A stretch of 63,811 nucleotides of DNA, filler included, from Pseudomonadota bacterium (GCA_043825735.1; 7 parts of 7 records of this genome joined end to end with filler, not necessarily neighbours in it), one strand, 5' to 3'. Positions 24,097 to 34,606 are shown, counted from the first letter of the whole stretch. Notes: generated by a model from the sequence alone, not told the origin. Numbers and translations: made by a program.

Positions 24097-24243
24097 CTCC
24101 CGCAAAGGCGCCGTTCGACAGGCTCACGGCCCTGAACGAAGTCGAAGGGCAACGATCGTAAAGTTTAAGTATTGATATTAAAAATGTTTTTCTTGGCGAC
24201 CGTGGCGCCCTTGCGAGAAATAGCTTTTTGACGAGTTTGTCAA
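24097..24243. repeat. Composite repeat: CGCAAAG-type inverted element with an embedded REP-like unit (24111-24148)
   Basis: CTCCCGCAAAGGCGCC[REP] ... CTTGGCGACCGTGGCGCCCTTGCGAG. Confidence 0.65.
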
Positions 24244-24265
24244 CATTCAGCGTTGAGCATTACAT

Positions 24266-24745
24266 TTAGCCGTCCTTTTCTTCCAGCAGTACCGTACACA
24301 TCGCACCGATGCCCTCGCCCCGACCGAACAATCCGAGCCCTTCGGTGGTGGTCGCCTTAAGCCCCACCCGATCCGCCGGGATGCCGGCTATCTCGGCGAT
24401 TGCCGCACGCATCTGCCTGCGGTAAGGGCCTAAACGCGGAGCCTGGGCAATCACGGTGATATCCATCTGGTAGACGACGAAACCGGCGGCATGTACCAGG
24501 GTGACGGTTTTTTCCAGCAATACCCGGCTGTCGATGTCTTTAAAAGCCGGATCGGTGTCCGGGAAATGTGCCCCCAGGTCATCCAGCGCCGCCGCCCCCA
24601 GAAGGGCGTCACAGACCGCGTGAAGGACCACATCGGCATCGGAATGACCATCCAGCCCGCGATCGTAAGGCACTTGCACGCCGCCCAGTATCAGTTTCCG
24701 GCCCGGCACCAGCCGATGCACGTCGATACCATTGCCCACTCTCAT
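24266..24745 (-). CDS. ispF: 2-C-methyl-D-erythritol 2,4-cyclodiphosphate synthase
   Basis: [26 protein letters not shown]. Confidence 0.95.
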   Translation of the reverse strand: MRVGNGIDVHRLVPGRKLILGGVQVPYDRGLDGHSDADVVLHAVCDALLGAAALDDLGAHFPDTDPAFKDIDSRVLLEKTVTLVHAAGFVVYQMDITVIAQAPRLGPYRRQMRAAIAEIAGIPADRVGLKATTTEGLGLFGRGEGIGAMCTVLLEEKDG

Positions 24746-24921
24746 AAATCGCCTCCCCGGCCAGTGAGTACTCACAAATACTCATGGGGTCATCTCCTTA
24801 TCACAGGTCTCCGGCAAAGCAAATTCAAGTGACTTTCCCTTGACACCACAAGGTGATACCATTAGACAATTTTGTTTTTTCACTGCGTTTTAAAACCTTT
24901 CATTACAGGTAATCGATAGAC

Positions 24922-27126
24922 ATGAACCCGGGTGATATTCTTGCCGAAGCCGCTGCAGCTGGCCACAGCGCATTGACCGAAGATCGGGCCAAGGCCTTGC
25001 TGGCCGCCTACGGCGTTCCGGTGGTATCTGAACGGGTGTGTGCCAACGCTGCGACAGCAGTAACGGCCGCCGACGCTGTCGGCTACCCCGTGGTCCTGAA
25101 AGCCGTTGGCCCCACCTTGCTGCACAAAACCGAAAGCGGTCTCGTGCGGCTCCATCTCATGGACGCCGAGAAGGTGCGGTCGGCCGCTGGCGAACTGCTC
25201 GAAGCCGCCGGGGATGCCGCCTCGGGGATTGTCGTGCAGCGACAGGTATCCGGTCGCCGGGAATTGGTTGCCGGCATGTTCCGGGACCCCCAGTTCGGTC
25301 CCGTCGTCATGCTGGGTCTGGGGGGGATTTTCACTGAAGCCCTGGCTGATGTGACCTTTCGCCTAGCCCCGTTATCCGATACGGATGCCGTTGAGATGGT
25401 CTCGGAGCTTCGGTCAAAGGCGCTGTTCGGGGCGTTCCGATCCGAAGCGCCCGTGGACCTTCGCCAGCTCTCCGACACCCTCACCGGTCTGGGCCGGATT
25501 GCTGTGGAACGCCCGGAAATCGCCGAAATAGACATCAATCCGTTGATTGCCGACACCGAGGGCAGCCTGTGTGCAGTGGATGCCCTCGTGGTGCTTGGAT
25601 CTGCCCAGCCATTTCCGTCCGCCCCTGCGGCACTGCCCGTGCCGCCGGCCGCCATCGGCAGTCTTTTTTACCCTCGGTCCATCGCCTTTGTGGGCGCATC
25701 CGCCCAGATGGGCAAATGGGGAAACATGCTGCTGAGCAATACCATCAGCGGAGGCTATGGCGGCGCTATTTATCTGGTAAACCCCAAAGGCGGAACCATT
25801 GCCGATCGCCCGGTTTACAAAACCCTGGCCGATGTGCCTGGTCCCGTGGACCTGGCGGTGGTAACCCTGCCGGCCGCCAATGTGATCGATCTGGTGCCGC
25901 AGTGCCGGGACAAGGGGATTTCCAATATTCTGCTCATCACTTCCGGATTCGGTGAAACGGGGCCGGAAGGAAAAGCTCTGGAAACGCGGCTTGTCGCTGC
26001 GGCTGCCGATGCCGGCATCCTGATCCTGGGGCCCAACACCATGGGCATCTGCAATCCCCACATCAACCTTTACTGTACGGGCAGCCCGGTCAAGCCCATT
26101 GCCGGCGCCACGGCCATGGTGGCCCAATCGGGCAACATGGGGACCCAGCTGCTGGCATTTGCAGAGGGTCAGGGCATCGGCATACGGGCATTTTCCGGCT
26201 CGGGCAACGAGGCCATGATTACCATCGAAGACTACCTTGACGGTTTCGAGGTTGACGATGTGACGCGTATCGTCATGCTCTATATCGAAAGCGTCAAGAA
26301 CGGTCGGCGTTTTTTTGAAAGCGCCTGCCGGGTGGGCAAAAAGAAGCCCATCATTTTACTTAAAGGCGGACAGAGCAGCGCCGGCAACCGGGCTGCGGCC
26401 AGCCACACGGGCGCCATGACCTCAGATAGCCGCGTGTTCGACGCCGTCTGCAGGCAGGCCGGTATCGTCAAAGTGGAGCATCCCATGGATCTTCTGGATC
26501 TGTCGGCCGCCTTTTCATCCCTGCCCCTGCCGGCGGGCGGGCGCGTTGCCATCATGACCCTGGGCGGCGGATGGGGCGTGGTGACGGCGGATCTGTGCGC
26601 CCGTTACGGATTGAAGGTCCCGGAGCTTCCGGCCGACATGGTGGCCCGTATCGACACCCTGCTGCCACCATACTGGAGCCGGGCCAATCCTGTGGATATC
26701 GTCGGCGAAAACGACCCCTCGCTGCCCATGATCATCTTGGAAGAACTCATGAAATGGGACGGCTGCGACGGGGTCATCAACCTGGGCATCATGGGCCGCC
26801 GAATTTTTGTAGATCGTATGGTGGCGTCGGTTCAAAAAGCCGACCCCAAGGCTGACCCGGCCATCATAGCGGCCGCCAAGCAGATGCTGGTGGATTTCGA
26901 AGCTCAATATATCCGGCATATCGTTACGCTGATGGACCGCTACAACAAACCGGTATTCGGAGTCCGCCTGCTCACCGATGCCGGTGATCCCACGGTCTGC
27001 AGGGTGGCGGGCAGCGACACCAACAGCGTATTCTACGAAACCCCCGAGCGTGCGGTGAAGGCATTTGCAAAAATGGTGGAATACTATCGATATCATAATC
27101 GCGGCTGCCGCATTGATTCAATTTAG
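24922..27126 (+). CDS. ADP-forming acetate/acyl-CoA ligase (ATP-grasp domain N-terminal to the CoA-binding domain)
   Basis: HKTESG, DINPL, VGAS, GPNTMG, ASHTGA, NPVD. Confidence 0.9.
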   Translation: MNPGDILAEAAAAGHSALTEDRAKALLAAYGVPVVSERVCANAATAVTAADAVGYPVVLKAVGPTLLHKTESGLVRLHLMDAEKVRSAAGELLEAAGDAASGIVVQRQVSGRRELVAGMFRDPQFGPVVMLGLGGIFTEALADVTFRLAPLSDTDAVEMVSELRSKALFGAFRSEAPVDLRQLSDTLTGLGRIAVERPEIAEIDINPLIADTEGSLCAVDALVVLGSAQPFPSAPAALPVPPAAIGSLFYPRSIAFVGASAQMGKWGNMLLSNTISGGYGGAIYLVNPKGGTIADRPVYKTLADVPGPVDLAVVTLPAANVIDLVPQCRDKGISNILLITSGFGETGPEGKALETRLVAAAADAGILILGPNTMGICNPHINLYCTGSPVKPIAGATAMVAQSGNMGTQLLAFAEGQGIGIRAFSGSGNEAMITIEDYLDGFEVDDVTRIVMLYIESVKNGRRFFESACRVGKKKPIILLKGGQSSAGNRAAASHTGAMTSDSRVFDAVCRQAGIVKVEHPMDLLDLSAAFSSLPLPAGGRVAIMTLGGGWGVVTADLCARYGLKVPELPADMVARIDTLLPPYWSRANPVDIVGENDPSLPMIILEELMKWDGCDGVINLGIMGRRIFVDRMVASVQKADPKADPAIIAAAKQMLVDFEAQYIRHIVTLMDRYNKPVFGVRLLTDAGDPTVCRVAGSDTNSVFYETPERAVKAFAKMVEYYRYHNRGCRIDSI

Positions 27127-27219
27127 TTTAATAAATCATATAAATAAAATATATTGCATCATGTATCGAATTAGCTTTTGCAACTGCTTCCAGTGTCAGT
27201 GCAAACTCGGCGGTGACCG

Positions 27220-27408
27220 ATGAAGCCAGAGGTGAAACCATATGGTCATAACCACCGGTTCGACTTCGAGGTGGGAACCCTGGTCAAAAGCCCGTGCAAA
27301 GGGTGCGAATTCAGGCCCCAGTTTCCCAAGTGCATAAACAATTGCCGTTGGCTGGACATCATCCACACGGCCCTGACGGACAGTATTTCCTCTACGCGAC
27401 GAAAATAA
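27220..27408 (+). CDS. Small Cys-containing hypothetical protein
   Basis: FDFEVG.LVKSPCKGC..C..C; co-oriented between the ligase and pgi. Confidence 0.55.
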   Translation: MKPEVKPYGHNHRFDFEVGTLVKSPCKGCEFRPQFPKCINNCRWLDIIHTALTDSISSTRRK

Positions 27409-27471
27409 ATACCGGTCACTGTATCCGACCGTCCGATGATGCGACCTGCTGTGGCAAGCGAGGATAAAACG

Positions 27472-29094
27472 ATGGCATGCACCCCGGTCAACGACAACGA
27501 TATCTGGCAAAAGCTTTTGGCAGCTGCCGAGGAAATGGATCTGCCGGCAAACCATCTGCAGCATCTCATTGCCGAGAAGAGCCGTCTGGAACGGTTTTCC
27601 GTGAAGGGCGGCGGACTATTCTATGATTATTCCCGGCAGCGCATCACCGGCGATATCATGGTCATGCTCTCGGAGCTGGCCCATCACCGGCGGCTGAAAG
27701 AAAAATTTGCCGCCATGATGGCCGGGGTAAAAGTTAACGTTACCGAAAACCGCGCTGCCCTCCACACCGCCTGCCGAAGGTTTTCCCCGGATCCCGTCTG
27801 GGTGGACGGTGTTGATGTGGTGTCGGAACTGGCCCGCGTCCGGGAACAGATACGAACGTTTTCCGAGGATATCCGGCAGGGGTGCATCACCGGCACCACG
27901 GGAAAACCGCTCAGACACGTGGTGGTAGTGGGTATCGGGGGCTCTTACCTCGGCACCGAGTTTATCGCAGCCGCCTTGAGACACGCGGCCGACCCACGGT
28001 TTCGCTTGTCATTTCTTTCAAACGTGGACATCAACAACTTCGGACAGATCGCCGGGACGGTGGACCTGGAAGAAACCCTGTGGGTGATCGTGTCCAAAAG
28101 CTACACCACGGCCGAGACCCTGGCCAACACCCGTCAGGCCGAAGTCCTTATGCGCCGCGCCGGTCTCGATCCTGCCCGGCACATGGTCACGATTACGGCC
28201 AAGGGATCTCCGGGCGACGATCCCGAACGGCCCGTGCTGGCCACGTTTCACATGTTTGACTTCATCGGTGGGCGCTACAGTGTGTCGTCGGCCGTCGGCG
28301 GGGTGCCCCTGAGCATTGTTTTTGGATACGATGTGTTCGAGGCCGTTTTAAAAGGGGCGGAAAGTATGGACAATCACGCCGCCTCGGCCCCTATCCGTGA
28401 GAATCTACCCCTTATCGCGGCCCTCGTCACTTTCTGGAACACCTCGTTGCTGGGTTACACCGCCATGTCCATCGTTCCCTATGCCGCGCCGCTTCAGCGG
28501 CTGCCAGCCCACATTCAGCAGCTGAACATGGAAAGCAACGGCAAATCGGCACGCGTCGATGGCAGCCCTCTTTCCGAGGCCGCCGGCCCGTTCATTTTTG
28601 GAGAGCCGGGCACCAATGCCCAGCACTCCTATTTCCAACTCGCCCACCAGGGGCGCGCTCTGCCCATCGAATTCATTGGGGTCCTCCACCCGGTCTATGC
28701 GGCGTATTCAGAAAAATCCCGCGGCGTCACCAACCACCAGGAGCTCTGGGCCAACCTCATTGCCCAGCCCATGGCCCTGGCCGAAGGCAACACGGGCGCC
28801 CCGCCCGCCCGCGCTTTTTCCGGAAACCGCCCGTCATCCACCATCGTCATGGAATCTCTTTCTCCGGAAAACATCGGCCGTCTGCTGTCGTTTTACGAGG
28901 CACGCACCGTCTATGAGGCCTTTCTTTGGGATATCAATCCGTTTGATCAGTTCGGCGTAGAGCTGGGAAAAATCACTGCATCGGGAATCCGGGAGCAGAT
29001 GGCGCTCAAGAACGTCGATGACGGCCACCGCTACGCGGTGGCCTCTCCCATTGTGGCGGGATATCTCGAAATGCTCGAGAAAGGTCGAATATAG
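27472..29094 (+). CDS. pgi: Glucose-6-phosphate isomerase
   Basis: GIGGSYLG, GGRYSV, MESNGK, FDQFGVELGK. Confidence 0.95.
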   Translation: MACTPVNDNDIWQKLLAAAEEMDLPANHLQHLIAEKSRLERFSVKGGGLFYDYSRQRITGDIMVMLSELAHHRRLKEKFAAMMAGVKVNVTENRAALHTACRRFSPDPVWVDGVDVVSELARVREQIRTFSEDIRQGCITGTTGKPLRHVVVVGIGGSYLGTEFIAAALRHAADPRFRLSFLSNVDINNFGQIAGTVDLEETLWVIVSKSYTTAETLANTRQAEVLMRRAGLDPARHMVTITAKGSPGDDPERPVLATFHMFDFIGGRYSVSSAVGGVPLSIVFGYDVFEAVLKGAESMDNHAASAPIRENLPLIAALVTFWNTSLLGYTAMSIVPYAAPLQRLPAHIQQLNMESNGKSARVDGSPLSEAAGPFIFGEPGTNAQHSYFQLAHQGRALPIEFIGVLHPVYAAYSEKSRGVTNHQELWANLIAQPMALAEGNTGAPPARAFSGNRPSSTIVMESLSPENIGRLLSFYEARTVYEAFLWDINPFDQFGVELGKITASGIREQMALKNVDDGHRYAVASPIVAGYLEMLEKGRI

Positions 29095-29110
29095 GCGTTT
29101 TGTCAATATC

Positions 29111-29140
29111 TTGACTTCCTTCGGCGGAAGCCTCTATAGT
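29111..29140 (+). promoter_or_regulatory. Putative sigma70 promoter of the kinase gene
   Basis: TTGACT-18bp-TATAGT. Confidence 0.45.
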
Positions 29141-29223
29141 AAGTGCCCATTCACAAACGGCATCTGTGGGCAGACACCGTTTTTACTTTCGATTGCCACC
29201 CGCGGTTGTTTAGGATTTCTTCC

Positions 29224-30525
29224 ATGGCCAGTACCAGCCCCGCTTCGCCCGGCACCAAGGAAACACCCGCCGTTGATAAGCGGTTCATCGAAGATCTGGC
29301 GGACCTGACGACTATCGGCAGGTATGAAATTAAGCGTAAAATCGGCCAGGGCGGCACCGCTGTGGTCTTTCTCGGGATGGATCCGTATATCCAGCGTAAG
29401 GTGGCTATAAAAATATCTCAGCCCACTACGGATAAATCCCGCCGCAAGTTCTTTCTTGAAGCCCAGTCCGCCGGCCGACTCAATCATCCGGGCATCGTAG
29501 CCATTTTCGACGCCGGGGTGTACAAGTCCTATTGCTACATCACCATGGAGTACATCGAGGGCAATTCCCTGGAAGCGTACTGCTCCCCGGACAACCTGAT
29601 GCCCATCCATCGAGCGGTGGAAACGATCTTTCACGCCTGCCAATCATTGGACTATGCCCATAAAGAGAAGGTCATCCACCGGGACATCAAGCCGTCCAAT
29701 ATCATGCTGGACGCCACTGGAATGCCAAAGATCGCCGATTTCGGCATCGCTCAAATTACCGAGCAGACGTCGGAAATGGGTGTCTGGGGAACTCCCAGCT
29801 ACATGGCGCCGGAGCAGCTAAAAGACGAGGAAATCGGCAGCTTCAGCGATATTTTCTCCATGGGGTGCGTCCTGTATGAAATGCTCACCGGTGCGCGGGC
29901 ATTCCCCGGCGAGAACAACTTCGCCATTATGTACAAGATCACCAATACCACCCCTGCCGACGTGGAATCCCTTAAACCTGAAATCCCTACCATCCTGGGC
30001 AACATCATCCGCAAGTCCATGGCCAAGGACCGCCGGGAGCGTTATCAGACCTGTCTGGATTTCGCCTACGACCTGCGGGTGGCGCTCCGGGGACTTACCA
30101 ACACCGTGGCCGTAGACGGCAAGGCCCGGGATGTCATCGATCTGGTACACAATGTTCCGTTTTTTCATAATTTTTCCCGTGACCAGTTGAGCGAGCTGGT
30201 CAGTGACACCACCATCATCAAATTCACCGCCGAGACCGTAATCGTGGACGAAGGGGACATTGACGACACCTTTTATGTCATTTTGTCCGGACGCGCCCGG
30301 ATCACCAAGAACGTCCGGATCATTGCCACCATCGGTGTAGGCGAATGTTTCGGGGAGATGGCCTGTATCGCCGGGCAGGCGCGCACCGCATCGGTGATCG
30401 CCGACACCGACTGCATCCTCATGAAAATCAGCGCCACCCTCATCGACCGCTCCAGCGAGTCCATCCAACTGCTGTTTTTCAAAAACTTCGCCACCACCCT
30501 CGTGCGTCGACTCTCGGATACCTGA
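29224..30525 (+). CDS. Ser/Thr protein kinase with a C-terminal cyclic-nucleotide-binding domain
   Basis: IGQGG, VAIK, HRDIKPSN, DFG, GTPSYMAPE; CNB motif FGEMA..RTASV. Confidence 0.92.
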   Translation: MASTSPASPGTKETPAVDKRFIEDLADLTTIGRYEIKRKIGQGGTAVVFLGMDPYIQRKVAIKISQPTTDKSRRKFFLEAQSAGRLNHPGIVAIFDAGVYKSYCYITMEYIEGNSLEAYCSPDNLMPIHRAVETIFHACQSLDYAHKEKVIHRDIKPSNIMLDATGMPKIADFGIAQITEQTSEMGVWGTPSYMAPEQLKDEEIGSFSDIFSMGCVLYEMLTGARAFPGENNFAIMYKITNTTPADVESLKPEIPTILGNIIRKSMAKDRRERYQTCLDFAYDLRVALRGLTNTVAVDGKARDVIDLVHNVPFFHNFSRDQLSELVSDTTIIKFTAETVIVDEGDIDDTFYVILSGRARITKNVRIIATIGVGECFGEMACIAGQARTASVIADTDCILMKISATLIDRSSESIQLLFFKNFATTLVRRLSDT

Positions 30526-30527
30526 AC

Positions 30528-30863
30528 GTGAAAGCGAAGGATAATCAAGATACCCTGCCGGGCAAACAGGTGCGATTGGCCAACATCAGGACACTGCTGG
30601 CGTTTTTCCGGACGGCCGTCGCTTTCTGGGGGCTGGGATTGGCGCTGTTTCATTTCATCAATATTGCCCCTTACAAATCCTTCGGCCTCGTGTCGCTCAT
30701 CTTTGGATTCGTCATGATGATCTGGGGGGGCATCGAGTTCATTCTCATCGACCGTTTCACCGACAAAGCCGAACTGGAAACAGCGCCTGTTTGCCGGGAT
30801 GATACCGCACTGAAGGTGAACCACGAAGAACACGAAGTGCACGAAGAAAACATTAAAAAATAG
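30528..30863 (+). CDS. DUF202/YidH-like membrane protein
   Basis: LANIRTLLAFFRT motif plus TM segments; the tail is encoded by a repeat. Confidence 0.65.
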   Translation: MKAKDNQDTLPGKQVRLANIRTLLAFFRTAVAFWGLGLALFHFINIAPYKSFGLVSLIFGFVMMIWGGIEFILIDRFTDKAELETAPVCRDDTALKVNHEEHEVHEENIKK

Positions 30864-30872
30864 GAGCGCACC

Positions 30873-31202
30873 ATGTTTACCCAACACTCCGCTACCGGCT
30901 ACCGCACACCGGTGGCCGGCATTCGGCAAAAAACGCTGGTGTACGGCGAAAAGACCCTCATGGCGGAATTTCTCCTGAAAAAAGACAGCGTCCTGCCGCG
31001 ACACAGCCATCCTTATGAGCAGACGGGGTATCTCGTTTCCGGCCGCATCCGGTTGTTCTTTAACGGCGCTTTCCATGACTGCGCTCCCGGTGACAGCTGG
31101 TGCATCCCTGGCGGCGCCGAGCACGGCGCTGAAATTCTGGAAGACGCCGTGGCCATCGAGGTGTTTTCGCCGGTGCGCGAGGATTATTTGCCACAAAAAT
31201 AA
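30873..31202 (+). CDS. Cupin-domain protein
   Basis: HSHPYEQTGY..G..PGD..H..EVFSPVREDY. Confidence 0.9.
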   Translation: MFTQHSATGYRTPVAGIRQKTLVYGEKTLMAEFLLKKDSVLPRHSHPYEQTGYLVSGRIRLFFNGAFHDCAPGDSWCIPGGAEHGAEILEDAVAIEVFSPVREDYLPQK

Positions 31203-31226
31203 ACTGCCCCTGAAAAAAACCGAGTT

Positions 31227-31309
31227 CACCACGGAGGACGCAGAGAGCGCAGAGATAACACGGTAATAATTCAATTTATTCTTTGCGTTTCTCTGCGATC
31301 TCTGTGGTT
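31227..31309. repeat. Inverted 9-mer repeat element
   Basis: CACCACGGAGGACGCAGAGAGCGCAGAG ... CTCTGCGATCTCTGTGGT. Confidence 0.8.
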
Positions 31310-31360
31310 CAAAATCGCTGTTCGCGGTTTAACAGACATTGAGGCTTTCCAAGGAATCCT

Positions 31361-31813
31361 ATGACTTTTGTGACGTCCCGTTTTTTACTGCCGGCAATCT
31401 TCATCGCGGCCGGGTGTACGGTCTCTGCTCCCGAATTGGCGCGCGTGCGCCCTCAGTCGCTGGCCGGTTGCCCCGCGCGCCCCAACTGCGTATCCAGCGC
31501 GGCCGACAGCACGGGCCAGCGGATCGCGCCCCTTCAGCTCAAAGGCAATGGCGACAGTGCCTGGGATGCTGTTGTGCGCGAGGTGCGTGCATTGCCACGA
31601 ACCCAGGTGGACCTTTCAGACGACCGATATTTGCATGCCACCTGTTCCAGCTTTCTTTTCCGTTTCATCGACGATCTGGAACTCCTTCGTCACGATGACG
31701 GCAGTGTTTCCATCCGCTCAGCCGCCCGCACCGGGTACTCTGATTTTGGCGTCAATCGGCGGCGGGTTGCCACCCTAGAAAAAACGCTGCGCGACATGGG
31801 GGTTATTCAATAG
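31361..31813 (+). CDS. DUF1499 lipoprotein
   Basis: Lipobox AAGC; CP.RPNCVSS, FIDDLE, RSAAR.G.SDFGVNRRR. Confidence 0.85.
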   Translation: MTFVTSRFLLPAIFIAAGCTVSAPELARVRPQSLAGCPARPNCVSSAADSTGQRIAPLQLKGNGDSAWDAVVREVRALPRTQVDLSDDRYLHATCSSFLFRFIDDLELLRHDDGSVSIRSAARTGYSDFGVNRRRVATLEKTLRDMGVIQ

Positions 31814-32010
31814 CCGGCCGGGGCTGGTCTGCAAGCGCCTGGGTTGGCGCAGGCGGGCAGATAATTCGTTTGGAGCGGTTATCAGCCAGCGTCAGGGCAA
31901 GCAAATGCTTTGAACCTGCCCTGAAAAGGGCGCCCGCGCAAACCGCTTTTCCTCACCACCCCATTCTGATATAGGTCCTGCGCAATTATTTCTGCCAACA
32001 AAGGTTAAAA

Positions 32011-32982
32011 ATGAGTGAACGCATCCGTTCAATGATGAAAGCCGTCGTGATCCAACGTTTCGGCGCCCCCGACACGCTGACGCTCGAACAGGTGCCGCTG
32101 CCGTCTGTCGGTGCCGAAGAGATACTGGTGCGCCTGAGCGCCGCCGGCGTCAATCCCAAGGACGTCCTGGTGAGAAAGGGCAAGTTCCGCCTGTTCACGG
32201 GCCGGCGGTTTCCCATGCAACTGGGCTACGATTTTTCCGGAGTGGTGGTGAAGCGGGGCAAATATATCCGTCACCTCAAGCTGGGCGACTACGTGTTCGG
32301 AATGATCAACGGGTGGCAAGGCGCCACCTATGCCGAGTACGTGAAAGTCAAGGCAACCGAGTGCGCCGTGGTGCCGCCGCGTCTCAAGCCTGACGAGGCC
32401 GCCGGCGTTCCCCTGGCAGGACAAACGGCGCTCCAGGCATTGCGGGATATCGGAAACGTCCAGGAAGGCGACCGGGTGATCATCAACGGCGCCTCGGGCG
32501 GTGTCGGCACGTTAGCCATCCAACTTGCCAAGATTCTTGGGGCTCACGTCACCGCGGTATCCAGTGACCAGAACAGCCGGCTGTGCACATCACTTGGCGC
32601 AGATCGGATCATCGACTACGCCGCGACCGATCTGGATTCGCTCGAAGAGCAGTTTGCCGTGTTTTTCGATGTCTTCGGCAACCGGTCTTTCGGCCGCGTC
32701 CGGCGTCTGCTTGCACCCGATGGTGTTTACATTACCACGGTCCCTGGTTGGCGGATCATGTGGGATCGGTTGTGGACGCGGTTTTTTTCATCCCAAAAGG
32801 CCCGCCTGGTGGTGGTCTTCTCCCGCGCCGCCGATGTGGAATATCTCGGAGAACTGGTCGATCACGGACAGCTCAGACCCGTCATCGACCGGCGGTACGC
32901 TCTGAAAGATGTCGCCGAGGCCCACGCCTATGTGGAAACCAAACGCGCCCGCGGCAAAGTCATTTTACTGCCCCGAGGGTAG
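32011..32982 (+). CDS. NADP-dependent MDR (quinone-reductase-like) oxidoreductase
   Basis: GVNPKD, GASGGVG, RARGKVI. Confidence 0.9.
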   Translation: MSERIRSMMKAVVIQRFGAPDTLTLEQVPLPSVGAEEILVRLSAAGVNPKDVLVRKGKFRLFTGRRFPMQLGYDFSGVVVKRGKYIRHLKLGDYVFGMINGWQGATYAEYVKVKATECAVVPPRLKPDEAAGVPLAGQTALQALRDIGNVQEGDRVIINGASGGVGTLAIQLAKILGAHVTAVSSDQNSRLCTSLGADRIIDYAATDLDSLEEQFAVFFDVFGNRSFGRVRRLLAPDGVYITTVPGWRIMWDRLWTRFFSSQKARLVVVFSRAADVEYLGELVDHGQLRPVIDRRYALKDVAEAHAYVETKRARGKVILLPRG

Positions 32983-32984
32983 TT

Positions 32985-33638
32985 ATGAACCTCCTTTTTG
33001 ACCTTGACGGCACGCTCACCGATTCGTATCCGGGCATCGTCAACAGTTTTTGCCACACCATGACCGCCATGGGCCGGCCGGCGCCGGAAACAGCGCAGCT
33101 CCAGTCCCTGATCGGCCCACCGCTGCGCGATGGGCTGGCGCTGCTGCTGGATACGAAGGAGCCCGCGGTGCTGGAAACGGCCGTGGCCCGCTACCGTGAG
33201 TACTTCGCCGCGCAGGGCATGTATGAGAACACGGTCTACCCGGGCATCCGCCGGTCGCTCGCTGCGCTGCGTGATAGTGGCGCCGCCCTGTGGGTGGTCA
33301 CCAGCAAGACCGAGGTGTTTGCCAGAAAGATCGCAGCGCATTTCGGACTGGCGCCCTACTTTGCCGGCATTACCGGCAGCGCCGCCGACGGCAGCCACTC
33401 GTCCAAAACTGAAATGATCGCCGGCGTGATGGCCCGAAGCGGCCTGGATCCGGAGAAAACCGCCATGATCGGCGACCGGAAATACGACATCATCGGCGCC
33501 CTGGATAACGGTATCACCGCCGTTGGGGTGCTCTGGGGATACGGCACCGAGACCGAGCTGTCCGGTGCCGGTGCCAGCGTCCTGTGCCGGGAGCCCGCCG
33601 AATTGCCGTTTGCGATTCAATGTAAATTACAGTTTTGA
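32985..33638 (+). CDS. HAD-family hydrolase (phosphoglycolate phosphatase / 5'-nucleotidase-like)
   Basis: FDLDGTLTDS, TSK, IGDRKYD. Confidence 0.9.
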   Translation: MNLLFDLDGTLTDSYPGIVNSFCHTMTAMGRPAPETAQLQSLIGPPLRDGLALLLDTKEPAVLETAVARYREYFAAQGMYENTVYPGIRRSLAALRDSGAALWVVTSKTEVFARKIAAHFGLAPYFAGITGSAADGSHSSKTEMIAGVMARSGLDPEKTAMIGDRKYDIIGALDNGITAVGVLWGYGTETELSGAGASVLCREPAELPFAIQCKLQF

Positions 33639-33639
33639 T

Positions 33640-33710
33640 CACCACGGAGGGCACGGAGATTTTGTGACCAATATCAATTGTTTTTGACTTTCTCCGTGAA
33701 CTCCGTGGTT
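33640..33710. repeat. Inverted 9-mer repeat element
   Basis: CACCACGGAGGGCACGGAG ... CTCCGTGAACTCCGTGGT. Confidence 0.8.
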
Positions 33711-33735
33711 CAATTTAACTGGAAGAAATGAACAA

Positions 33736-34575
33736 ATGAACTGGAAACAGCGTCTTCGCAACCAACTTGAAACCGCCCCGGTGAAAGGTGACGACCACTA
33801 CGCATGGCCCCGGGAGGCAGTGCCGGGCGTCATCGACACCTGCCGGAGCGCCGGCGTGGCCATCGCCGGCATCGAGGTTTGGGCCATTGCCGGAAAAGAA
33901 ATTCTGGCAGCCATGCCTTTTGCCGCCGGCGGCACCGGAAGTTTCGCCTGGTGCGCGTCCGAGCACCGCCCTGCCCTTTCCTGGAAAGATTTCGCGGTGC
34001 GCTCTTGCGCCGATGCCGCCGACTGGCTGACCGGCATCCACCCGGAAAAAACCGTTGCGGCAGATTTCCGGGATAAATTGTTCTATCACCTGTCCTTTAT
34101 GGAACCGCCGGAGGAAGCTCCGCACTGTGCCCTGAAAGACAGCCCTGTCAGCGAAGCGGCGGATCTCAGCGGCATACTAATGGCCATGTTCGGAAAATCA
34201 CCGCTAAGGCAGTCTCTGGACATGAGCATCGATTTCGATGCCGAGGGCCGTGCCGTGTTCACCCTGCCGGCGAACCCGGCCTTTTTCCACGGCATGGGGG
34301 ACGTCCACGGCGGGATGATCATGACCGCCATGGACAACGCCGGCTGGTTTGCCGCGGCGGCCCGGTCCCGTCGCCTGGTGCTGACCGCCGACGTGAACAT
34401 CCGCCTTCTCGAACCGGCAAGACGTCAGGCCGTCAGGGCAGTGGGCCGGGTCATCCGTGCCGGCCTGACCGCCGTGATCTGCGAGATGACGGCGACCACC
34501 CCCGACGGCAGGACCATCGCGGTCGGCACCGGATCGTTTGCCATCACGGGGAAAAAACTGAAAATTCCGGACTGA
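33736..34575 (+). CDS. Unknown N-terminal domain fused to a PaaI-family thioesterase
   Basis: C-terminal VHGG..MDNAG hot-dog motif. Confidence 0.75.
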   Translation: MNWKQRLRNQLETAPVKGDDHYAWPREAVPGVIDTCRSAGVAIAGIEVWAIAGKEILAAMPFAAGGTGSFAWCASEHRPALSWKDFAVRSCADAADWLTGIHPEKTVAADFRDKLFYHLSFMEPPEEAPHCALKDSPVSEAADLSGILMAMFGKSPLRQSLDMSIDFDAEGRAVFTLPANPAFFHGMGDVHGGMIMTAMDNAGWFAAAARSRRLVLTADVNIRLLEPARRQAVRAVGRVIRAGLTAVICEMTATTPDGRTIAVGTGSFAITGKKLKIPD

Positions 34576-34606
34576 ACACGGAAGGATCGGGAAAAAGTGA
34601 TTTTGA

